From: Chrysomallon squamiferum
Taxonomy: Eukaryota > Animalia > Mollusca
Assembly (NCBI GenBank): GCA_012295275.1
Contig: CM022671.1
Location: forward strand, 18,786,001 to 18,850,000
Reading direction: 5' to 3'
Length of the DNA: 64,000 nt
The translations under genes and the position numbers were made by a program. The first letter of the stretch is position 1. Each line of letters starts with the position of its first letter. The notes below the pieces were generated by a model. It was not told where the DNA came from. It saw nothing but the letters and a program-made list of their open reading frames with translations, and made no database searches. Below, piece after piece: positions 1-12,300 of this stretch.

Positions 1-351
1 GAGAATGTGTTCGACCCAATGGATGCAGGTGTAAATCTGGCTGGACTGGTGCTGATTGTACTTTGCATGACTGTTCTGAAATAGGCAGTTGTCATGGCAA
101 TGGCAAATGTATTGGGCCAAATGTGTGCAACTGTTCCACTGGATGGACAGGATCTTCTTGTGTGACAGCTACCTGTTTTGATGTTTCTAACTGCAGTGGT
201 CCAGACAGGGGCCTGTGTATTCTACCTAACAAGTGTCATTGCTTGCCTCAGTTCAGTGGTGTTGACTGTTCACAGTGTTCAAAATACCACTGGGGTCCTA
301 ACTGCTACCCATGTCCTGTTTGCAAGCATGGACACTGTGATGTTCAAACAG
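1..351 (+). CDS. Gene 1 exon: tandem EGF-like repeats (partial)
   Basis: Frame from nt 3 reads ECVRPNGCRCKSGWTGADC...CxCxxGWTGxxC repeats; donor G|GTAAAA at 352. Confidence 0.92.
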
Positions 352-3300
352 GTAAAAGACCAATTAAGATTTTTTTAAAGTGGTGCATCTATCAGCTGTT
401 TAGTTTTTATTGTCATTATTAACTTTCTAAATGATGAAGACAGTTATTTAATACCCCAAATTGATATGAAATATCCTTCCTTTCGAATAAACATTTAACT
501 ACAAATACTGTAATAGTTGTTCATGGAGCCTTAAGATTATTACATGTTCATAAACATAGACAAAAATATACACTTGTGCAGATTTGGAGTTTCCTATAAA
601 CCTTAATGCCTGCAGTATGTTGCATTCTGTTATGGAAAGCAGGTTTGAATCATCCACTGTTCTCTGCAAAGATATTTAAACCAATAATTTTATTTAAACA
701 TAAATTTATAGTGGTACACAATTTATTCATCTTAGACATGTCATCATAGTGTATCATAACAGAACTGGAGTATGATAAAATGATTTATTTAATAATATTG
801 GAAAAGTGTTTTCTTATATGAATTTAATTTTTTTCAAAACCTAAACAAATTAATGTGAATCACAGCTTGCTTTGGTGTTGTGTAATTCTTATAATTATTA
901 ATTAGCACACTTTTTGCTTTAATGTTATTATTTTCTTGTAACTATCAATTACATTTTATTGTTATATTTTTTATTACTTCCAAAGGTGTTTGTGTCTGTG
1001 AATCAAAGAACTGGGCAGGAAGACTCTGTGACGAATGCAGTGAAACATTCTATGGTCCATTGTGTCTGCCTTTCACTAACATTTTGGACATAGTTCCAAA
1101 CAGTGCACAAGATACAGGTGGGACATTAGTTCATGTGTGGGGACACAACTTTCCTGAGACTGATGGGCATGTATTCTATTGCAAGTTTGGAACTGATGTT
1201 GTTAATGGAAGTTGGATATCCAAACGTCATCTTACCTGTAAGAGTCCACAACACAAAGCCAGTGAGGTCTTTCTAGAAGTATCTCCAGATGGAAAAGATT
1301 TTACAAAAAATAAGGTACCAATTATTACCTGCTATCTTCAACATTACTTTATTGTTTTATCTGCAAAAACAGCACATAACTAGCTTTGGAAAATAATTAT
1401 GAATCTGATATACTGATTCACATTTTGAAGTTATCACAGTATAATGATTAAGTAGTTGCAGTATAATATTTTAAAATTTTCAAAAGTAGCTTCAGTTCAG
1501 TGTATTTCAGTGTCTTTTGTTTTATTTATTTTATTTTTTTTATTCTTAATAAATAGAAAAAAAATAAAAATAAATAACACATCACAAATAATGTCCAGTT
1601 ATAATAACATTCTCTAACATCAACTTTTCAGACATCATTTAGCTTCTACGCAGTATGCCCTCCTGGAGCTTGCAATTCTGATAAAACACCTCCCCACGGA
1701 CAGTGCATGTTTGGAGGATGTTTATGTAACCTTCCATGGAGTGGTCCTGACTGTTCTGTGGAACTCCTGGCACCTGTTATACAGCAGATGGGTAACCAGC
1801 AGATCCTGGAGGGAGACGAGTATCAAATGCAGATGAAGCTAAAACAGGTACAAATAGTTTTCACAAACATTTCATTATCATTAACATTTTAGGATGTTGT
1901 TGTGGTTTTCCAGTGAGGACTTAAAATAAGCTCATCTAAGAAATCCATATGTTAAATTAAATTAAGCTGACTGTACTAGAATTTAGTACTGCACAAGTAA
2001 AAAAAAATACACTTGAAGATTAGGTTAAATATTTACAGAATAGATTGCTCTGTTTGTAAAAACTAATTAACAGTTTGTGTCTTGTTCTTTAGGGCAGTCA
2101 ACCCATCAAGTGGACTCTTAAATCACCACCAGTTGGGATGACAATAAGTTCCAAGACTGGACTCATTCAATGGGAAAGAGCTATAGCTAGAAAAGATAGC
2201 CATAAAATAATTGTTATTGCAAGTAACATGATTGGCAGGGATGAGATTACATGGCAGATGATGGTTCCTCTGTCATACACTGCAACTATTGATGAAATTC
2301 TGCCAGGACACAGCTTTCCATTTCCAAAGACAGTTACTATCAAGGGTCATGTAACATTCTTACAGTCAACTTCACTTCTGGCTCTCATTGATGTCAAGTA
2401 TGTTAATTTTATCTGTTACATAATACATCAGTATTTAGAAATTAATATTCCATTATTTCAGTGACAAAGTTCCTAAACATCAATATTCTGTTGACTGTTT
2501 CATAGCACTGATAGATTTTTTTTTTTTAATAATTATTGATGTTAATTACATTGATGCATGTAATACAGGTGGAATAGTAAGTCTTTTAGATATCTTTATG
2601 TTCAAATAATAATTTTTGTTTTATGTTAAAGAATAGATTGAAACTAAAATATCTGGCAGGAATATTCTTCCTGTAGTCTTCATCAGACAAGTATATTTTA
2701 TGACTTACACTTTTCAGAATCATATATCAATATGTGTGATGTAGACATCATTTTGTTTTATATTATCTGTTATTGCTTAAATCTCATGAAGAACTGTTAT
2801 AAAATGTAATATTTGAAAATTTTTAAAACATTGAAATGAAAGCTGCTGTACTTAATAAATATTTTATTGTTGTTATTCTAATATAAATAATAAAAATATG
2901 AATGTATTTGCAGAGTGGAGAACAAGGGGACTATTAAAACAATTTCAGCTTATACATCACAGAGTGGTCAGAATTTGTTTGAGACTAAATATTACCCAAA
3001 ACCTGATGACAGTGGACTTTTCCTTGTGGTATGTCAAGTTTCTTTCTAAAATTGAATTCATGTTTAAGAAAAGTGGTCTGGACAGTTTTATTAATATTTA
3101 ATGAACATAATACAGAACAAAAAATTATTTATATTGATAAAAATTATTCACAATATTCTAATCATGTACAATGTCTTTATATCTTACTCCTGAAAGGGTT
3201 TATTACTCCACAAGAATGAAGTTGAAAAACAGTGGTTATTGTTCTCGCTTCTTTTCAAAACTGTAGGATGCCCGTCATCCAGCTGACAGTGGATTTTCAG

Positions 3301-6300
3301 AACAGACAAGGTGGACAGTTCAAGGAATGATCTGCAGTCCAAGCTATGTCTACAAGCAGGCTTACCTGGACACACAGACTGTATCATTTACTTCAGTAGC
3401 AAAACTAATCAACACAGGTGTTGAAGTCCTGGAGAACATTACTGCAATGGTCTGTAATTCTAGTCTTGTTTCAGTTTTTTTTCCAGTAAATGATAAATAA
3501 ATTAATAAATAAATAAACTTAGATGAATAATTATTTTATTATTTTAAAAGTGATAATGACTTTTCAAAAATGCCATTTAGTGACATTAATTTCACTTTAT
3601 TCTTTGTTAATATTTTTTCAAAATGAAACTGCTTCACACTTTCACAGTATAATATTTTTTTTCTGTTTTATTTTTTTCAGATAAGAGGGGTGTCTGGACC
3701 ACTGACATATGCTGCTGTCAGGATAGAGTCTCTTACCACAGGTGATGGATCATCAGTTCTTGTGAATCAGTTGAAGCCAGGAACAAATGTTTCTTTTGAT
3801 GTGGTTCTTAAAGCCTCTAGACCACTGAGAGGAACTCTTAGTATTGAATTCACAACTCCCTCTCAGACAGTCACCAGCATGCGTTTAAATATTCAGCTCA
3901 ATGTTAGAAGACCAGTGTTTGGACTTAGTCCATCTTTTCTGAAAGACAGCATACCTCGCGGGCAGCAGAAAACCTTTGAGGTTAATGTCACCAATTTAGG
4001 GGAAGTCCCTGCAACAAATGTCAAAGGCAGTACTCCCTTCTGATGGTCTGTTAAATGTGGCCTCATTTGGAATAGCTTCAGGAGGAACAGAAACTGTTGA
4101 GCTAAGTCTGAAACCGGGGGAATCTGCAATATTGGTTCTTACAGCAACTGCTAGGTCTGATATGGATCTAGGAGAAACAACTGGAAACATCGCAATCAAT
4201 TCTGACTTGGCAATGGCCTCTATGAATTATCATTTCTACATAACATCTCTCAACAAGCTGGACTTGAGGATTCGAGTTGAAGATGAATACACATATTTTG
4301 CCTCAGATAAACCATTGGTGTCAGGAGCAGAGATAACTCTTGTTAATCCACGTCGAGGAATCAATCTGGTGTTGTACACTACCAATCAAACAGGTTTCTT
4401 GAATTTTTCTCTCCCATTAGAACACAGAAACAGAAAAATGTTGTTAGAAAAATTATTTCCAATGATTAATAAGATCTGTTGTCTTTCTATTTAATATAAT
4501 TAGATATATTATAATTTGTACTTCTGAACATGTTGCATCTTGTGTAAATACAGTGTTTATTCTTGAATAATAAATTATAATATCAGGTATTAACAGTTTA
4601 CAAAGATGAGCAATCTGTTTTAGATTTATAGCATAATATTATTTCATTGGTATGTTACAATAAGTCTTAATTCTTAGCTTTTTCATAAGATGAAACTTAA
4701 AATTTTTAGGTATTCGAATTTGGGTTTCAGTGGATGTTTTTAAAATGATCCATTCACCTTGCAAGTAAAAGATTGTAGCTCAGAAATAATTATCCCTTAA
4801 TTTTAACATTGTGAGTGTTTTTCCTGCAGGAGAAGTTGTGTTCACTAACATCACAGAAGATCAGTATACTCTGAGAGCCAAGGCTCCTGGTCATGCTTCG
4901 TACTCAGCTGTGATCCTTGCCAAAATGTCACAGAACAAAATGACCATCTTCCTGCAGCGCATAGCCGTCAAGTACACATGGACTGTCACCCCAACAACAT
5001 TTGAAGACAAATATATTATAACTTTGGATTCTACTTTTGAAACCCAGGTAATACACACAAGTAAGCTGCTACTAATGATGAAAGTGATGAGTAAATTCTT
5101 ATATCATTGACTTTACATAGACATTATTGATTGTGGTTTTTTTGTTTAGTTTTGGCTGTTTTTTTTAAAAGAAAAAACCCAGTATATAACTCAACAATCT
5201 TTTGTACATATATAGAGACTGTAAATTATTTTGAAAAACAATTAACATACACATCTGATAGTATGCTTGATCTTAAATTCTAAATTTGTTGAGAAACAGT
5301 AATCTATTTATTGGTGGAGGGTCAAGACATGTATAAAACAATGTATGAATATAACCTAAAATTAACTTTTGTATGTGCAGCATTGTTGATGCAATTAAAT
5401 ATTGAAAGTCGGCCTATGTTGCTGTGCAAGAAATACTGATGATCTTGTTGAAGGTGGGATAGCTTTGAAATTCCCAGAAGATCTATAATGACTCACAATT
5501 TTCTCTCTTAACAATAAACCAAAAATCTAATTTAAACAAACTGAATTTCAGGTACCAATGCCCGTTGTTACAATAGAGCCAGTAGAAGTAAATATAATTC
5601 CTTATGAAGAAGGCAAAAAATCCGTGATCAATTTTTTGCTGACCAATCATGGACTGATACGTGCTGAGAATGTTCGCTTCAACCTTCCTAAATCCCATCC
5701 ATCTTTGAAATTCATCCAGGTATGATTACACACTTATTTATTAGTTTGGTGCAGATTTTAGCCATATATATATTTGCATGTATGGTCTTTCAATCAGATA
5801 TATCCTTAGTGTAAGAAACAGCTTCAGAGTGCTTCCATTTAAGATATTGTATTCCCAAAAGTATTATTTCCATAACAGTGTGGTTTTCTTAATTTAATTT
5901 TATCTTATATATAAAACTAAAATTCACACAACAGATAATGATATTTTCATATAAAATATATCCATTTTACGAAAAAATTTCACCTTAAAATAGATCCATT
6001 TCTGGAACAGTTTCACCTAAAATAGATCCAGTTCAGTAATCTTACATATGGTGCATTTTTTCCATTGTGTTTTCATGTCCTATGTAATAACTATTTGATC
6101 TGCACCGATTCTGTACATAAAAAAATGCTTATGAGAAACCACCCAAATATTGTATATTTGATTTACTATGTATGTAACTGTCATATATTTAAAAGGCTGA
6201 ATTGTTTATAAATGTTTGATTTGGATAAACCAAGCAGGAGACCAGTTTCTATTTATTCTATTAAACTGATTTTAATAAAGAGCACTGAAGCAGACAAATT

Positions 6301-6356
6301 ACTAAGGAGAAATTTTTATTTCTTATTTGACAGTAGTCCTGTGATGTTTATTATTA

Positions 6357-6397
<41 letters not shown>

Positions 6398-9300
6398 TTT
6401 TATTATTATTGTGATTACTATTATTTTATGGTTACTGTTACTGTTATTATTTTTATTCTTAATATTAATAATAACATAATTCAGAAGACATTAAGCTCTG
6501 TTACAATTTTTGGTCTCTCCTGTCAAACATGTCAGTTTCCCAACAAATAAACAAACGAACAAATAAAAAAAAAAAAAAAAAAAAGGTTAAATGACAGTTT
6601 CAGCTAGTAATATTCATACAAAAGCCTTATATTAATTGCAATTAAAAATGCCTCATTGCAGACAGTTGACCCGATTGGTAACCTGGAAGCAAACACAAGC
6701 ATCGTGGTACCGATTCGAGTGGAGCTAAAGAGTCGCACTAAGCGAAGTCTGGCAAGTGCTATATGTGGACTGAGAATGTTGTATGACTACTACTGTGGTG
6801 GAACACGCACACAGGGATCAGGTGTAACTTTGTCTCGTCAGTACCCTGGCAGGCCACCATTACCCTGTGGTGGTGGTGGTGGTGGATGGGGAGGAGGTAG
6901 TGGGGGTGGATACATTGGGGTATCAGGTAAGATTTTCGATACATAGAATTCTGAAACAGTATATATGCTGGTGGATGTTATCTGTGCATGTATGAATGTA
7001 AATAACTGTATGTATATGTGTATGTATTTGTATGTTTCTGTTTATTAACAATAGTTCTGGAAACAACATTTAATTTTTGTTTTTATTTTATTTTTACACA
7101 ATTATACACCATCAGTATCAAATATAACTACCTACAACAACAACAGAAAAAACATTAAACTGCACTCAGTGTTAATTTCCATATACAAGATGTTGAAACA
7201 TAGCAGTTTAAAAAGTGCAATTAAAAGAGAGAGAGAGAGAGAAAGACCCACAGTTGTACAAAGTCCAGTAGAAGAACAATATTAAATTAAAAAAGGGACA
7301 TATCTTTTTATGGTAAACTTTGAACTCTGTTTCAGGAGGAGGTGGCTCATCAGGATCAGTGACTTCATCTAGTGTGACATACAATCCTGTAACACCACTC
7401 TCATGTGACTGTGCTAAAACTCTGATCAAGAGTTGTGCACTGGCTTATCTTCCAATCCCAGGATGTACACTGGCTCTGAATGATCTTGTAACATCAACTT
7501 CTTTTGGAAAAGCTGTGGTTTCAACATTAGACACAGCCATGGCTTGTGTTATTGGAGTTATGTTCTCAGGTTATGGCTTTTTCTACACCACAATAAGGTA
7601 AATGGTTCAGTCAATAATTATTGTTTTAACATCTTCAATCATTTCACTATGGCAGAACTACATTAGGATAATGGCTTTATAACTTTGTATAAATATTCAG
7701 ATATTATACCATATCTACACTAAAGTGAGGTAATGCCACATAGTTCACTTGAAAACTACTGTGTGAATATATTCAGTCTAGGTGCTAAGTAATACCATAC
7801 TAGAACTTTTATGGTGTCATAAAGTTAAGTTAATAACTGTTGTATGAATATATTCACAACACTAAGATGATCACAAAATTCAGTTAATAACTCTAGTAAG
7901 AGTATATACCATTCTTAGATAATGGCCCCTTAGTAAATGTTGTATAAACATTCAGGCAATATCATTTTTTATTATTATTATGGAATTTAAAATAATAAAT
8001 TGTATAATTTCACATCAGTGGGACATCATTTTATGATTTTGGTGTTCTTGGACATTGTCCCCAAGCAAAAGGTTTCCCTAATTCAATACATGCAGCTGAA
8101 TTTTATAAACCAGTGCCAGGACACAGAATAGAAAGGAAAAAATCTTAGCAACAAATAAGGAAATAACCCTATGGCATTACTCCGTAAATGGGGTTATTCA
8201 TATAAACTCTGTCACTTAAACATAGTCACCCTGAAATTTCCAAGACATTTTTTTTTTTTAAAGTGATTATTGTTATATATGTTTCTTTAATATTTGTAAA
8301 TTTTTTCACAGATGTGTGATAGATATTGCTGATAACTGTGATAACCTGAGTCGAAAACGTCGAGATGTTAGTTCAGAAATAGTAGGCGAAGTTATCAGAA
8401 CATCTCAAGTTTTCTACAATTATCTCAACATAATGGAAGAGATATTTGGTGACACAAAGATGTAAGCAAAATTGTGTTTTTGTATAAAATTTTCAGCTGT
8501 TTGGTATAAATATCTTAAAATATTAAATTATTTTATACAAATAATTTGAAATATTCAGTTATCTGTTAAAAATCAGTGTTAAAATATACAGTTATTTGCT
8601 AGAATTAACTGTTTTAAATATGCAAATGTATACTGAAAATAACTTGTGGAAGAACAATATATTTACCAATTTGTTTTCATTCACTGATGCAATCTTTGAT
8701 GTAATCTCAACAAAATTATTTTATATTTGTGGGATTTTTGTTTTTTTAAGGCAATGTTTTGATTTAAGAATAATTAAATTATAGAGTATTTTCAAAACAT
8801 GGCCATTAATTTCAAGCCATTTGTTTTATTTTAACATTTACATTTTTATAATTTTAATCTGACTTTTGAAATTTTGAGCATTCCAAAAAAATGTTTAGCA
8901 TCAAGTATGGAAAATCATAAAAATGTCTGAAAAAAGACACCCTGAGTTAATATCTGATTTATTGTTTGCAGGTTGGACTTTGGTGATAAATCTTGGTACA
9001 ATGGATTCAAGCTGGCCATAGCTGAGAGCAGCAGTTTGGGAATATTGTTGACGAAATCTGAAGTTTCTGCTATAACAGCATCATACAATGAAAGCAAGGC
9101 TGCCACGCTACACAAATACTTACTGCGTTGGAACAGTACGATGACAGCCTGGAAGAACGGCTCTCTGAGTACAATGAAACCTAGTTCTGACATCATGTCA
9201 TACAGCAAGCTGAACTCACTCTTTAGTCAGTATAAGACAGACACAGAGAAAGCCAAAGAGGTGAATAATGAAGACCAGTGTATTTATTTTATTAAAGCAG

Positions 9301-12300
9301 TAAATTAATATCCATAGGTTTATTAAAGCAGAAAATTAATGTTTAGTTTTATTAAAGCAGTAAATTAATATTAAAATATTATTCAGTCTACACTTAGCAA
9401 CATACAAGCATTTTATATATAAAAAAATTTGTTTTTTTTTTAAATTTATTCCCATTATAAAATAAAAGTTATTCTTCGTATTTAAATTGCTTATTTGTAA
9501 CTATGCTCTTTAGTAAAAGGAGAATCTTTCTTCTGTGTAGATTATCAAATCATTTTTTTTGTTACATTAACTTGGTATCTGAGAGGGTTAATTTGACTGG
9601 TTTTATTTATTTAATTTCTAGAAAGGATTTTCATCAATATTTGATGAATATGACAATGCACAACGAATCTATGATGAAGATAAGAAAAAGAAGGTTTGTA
9701 TGAATCAAATAATAAGTTATTTTATTACAAAACAAAATATAATAATAACAATAATAAAATAAATTTGTTTATTTTGCCTGTTGGATTAACAGAACATCTA
9801 AAAGAGGAAAACATATACCTTAATTAAAATTTGTAATTAAACAACAACCAAAAAACACAAATAAAATCAACAAACAAAACAAATATAGCACAGATTTCCA
9901 TAATTAAAAATTGTAAAAAATAAAAATAACAAAAAAGTATTAATATAATAAAATTTAGTTTTATGCAATGTTAAAATTAAGAGATGTCAGTTGGGACAAA
10001 GACGTTTTTAACAGTGTAATATAAAAATACATAGGACAAGTCACAAACACTGTCACTGAAAAACATGTTACTAATGAATTTACTTAGTCTGCTAACAATT
10101 TTCATTAACTTGAAGAAACTTATTCTGTCTAAAGATTTAAGTATTATTTGGTTGCAGAAAGGAAGTGATGATGGTGTCTGTGCCAAAGTGAGAGTGAGAA
10201 TTGTTCAAGAGCTTGTTCTCACGAGAGATGCTTTCAATGCTCGACTTGAAATTGAAAATGGAGAAGAATCAGCACTGGAGAACATTCATGTAACTATCAT
10301 CATTAGAGCGACATATGGAGATGGAAGTGCTGCAGAGAAATTGTTTTCAATAGGTAAATGTAGAGACATGGCTAATTTTGGTCCAAAGCAGTACTTGGTT
10401 AGATTATAATATTATTATAGTAGGAACACAGAGGCATATTTGATTGATATTTGATATTAGATCAGTAATATTGTCAGTTTATTAATAGAAGAGTTTATTT
10501 GGGGTAGATTAATAATGTTGTCAAAGTAGAAACATAATGCAATATTTCAATTATATTTTCAACATGGAGCAATATTTTTGTGGTTAGAATCAGTAATGTA
10601 TGCAAAGTAGGAACATCCAACAATTGTTTTTGATGGTTAGAACTGTAATATTATTAAATAGGAACAAAGCAATATTTTGTTAAACTTAGATCCCATATAG
10701 CCATTTGTAAATCTATATAACATTTTAGAACTTGTAATTAGACATTATACCCTTCATTAAATATTTCTATAATTCTGGTTTGTTTGGTAACTCTTTAATT
10801 TCTAGGTTCTCCCACTTTGTCTGGCATATCTGGTGTTGATGGAACTGGGTCTTTGGCTAGAGGTGTGTCTGGTTCAGCAGAATGGCTTATCATTCCTTAT
10901 TCGTCAGCTGCTGTCAAGGAAGACACTTTGTATGATGTTGGTGGACGACTGTCATACACTGTTGCTGGATCCAACTTTTCACTTCCTCTGCTACCAGATA
11001 CCATAACAGTGAAACCAAACCCAAGTCTCATTGTTCACTATTTCCATGAAAAATATGTTCAAGGTGATGATCCGATGACCCAGGACATTGTAGAACCAGT
11101 TGTTCCATTCTCTCTTGCAGTGATGATATCCAATGGTGCTTATGGCACAGCTCGGCAGTTAAAAATCACTTCAGCACAGCCAGAGATTATTGAAAATGAA
11201 AAAGGCTTGCTTGTGTCATTTAAAATAATTGGAGCTCAGTTAGGAAAGAAGCCGGTAACTCCGTCTTTAACAATTAACTTTGGCGATATTGAATCATTTC
11301 AAACAAAAACAGCAAGGTGGCTGTTAACATCTTCATTAAAAGGCAAATTCTACAATTATTCAGCTACCTTTGAGAACATCAATCCACTTGGTGACCCACA
11401 ATTATCAGTTTTAGAGAAATTAGAATACCACGAACTAGTTCATTTGGTGAGAATTGAACATCCAAAAGATGACCTCCTTGATGACTTTCTGGTGAATGAT
11501 GTCATAGATGTTGAAGAAATGCCAGATAAACTCTATGACAGTTCGAATGGTTTCTATTCAGTGCCAGTAGTCACTAGCAAGGTTGTCAGCCTCCAGATTA
11601 TCAAAACAGAGAAGAAAAAATCCAGTGTTTACACATTTGCAAACCTTTCTGTATCAGTATCGAGCAATGACACAGAAATCTACGGATATACTCGACTAGT
11701 TAACAACTTGACACAGTATGCATTAATACAAGTCACTAGATCAGATGGAAAACAAATCCTAATTGACAAGAATGCATGGCTGACATCATATTACCATGAT
11801 AAAAATTACCTGCACATCTTTGATTTGTATACAAATCTCTCAATGGAAACAGAAATATCATATGAATTGGTGTTTGGACAGCGTAATTTGTACAAGCCTA
11901 TTTTCAAGAATCAGACTTACAAATATGAGTTTTATTTGGGAGAATATCCAAACAAACCGATGTGGGTTTCTGCTACTGACAAAGCTGGTGATGAGATTTT
12001 TTACAGCATTGAACCCACCACAAAATTTTTCTCTGTGGACAGAAAGACAGGACTGATTACCAGCACTAAGGATTTACAAGCTGAAGGTGTGTACACATTA
12101 ACAGTCATTGCTGCTGACAGTGGAATTCCATCTCAGAAATCGTCAGTTAATGTCACTGTGGTTGTCATTAGAACTGACAACACTACATCATCCACAGTGC
12201 TGACATCTATTTCTACACCATCATCAACAAGTATTCAAGCTGATAACACAACTGTTAATTCCTCAACACCAACTACAACATTCAGTATCACTGACACAAC

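Noticed and set aside
4020-4046. Micro-intron or selenocysteine rescue of the gene 1 stop
   Set aside because: The only GT..AG that would restore the frame at the AAAGG site is 7 nt long. The zero frame hits another TGA within about 20 codons, so readthrough does not help.
3184-9208. Minus-strand ORFs over gene 1 exons (and plus-strand ORFs over gene 2 exons)
   Set aside because: They are antisense shadows of real exons.
4830-11560. Bacterial contamination as the source of the bacterial-like module
   Set aside because: The module is split by phase-consistent GT-AG introns and fused to EGF exons in microsatellite-bearing DNA.
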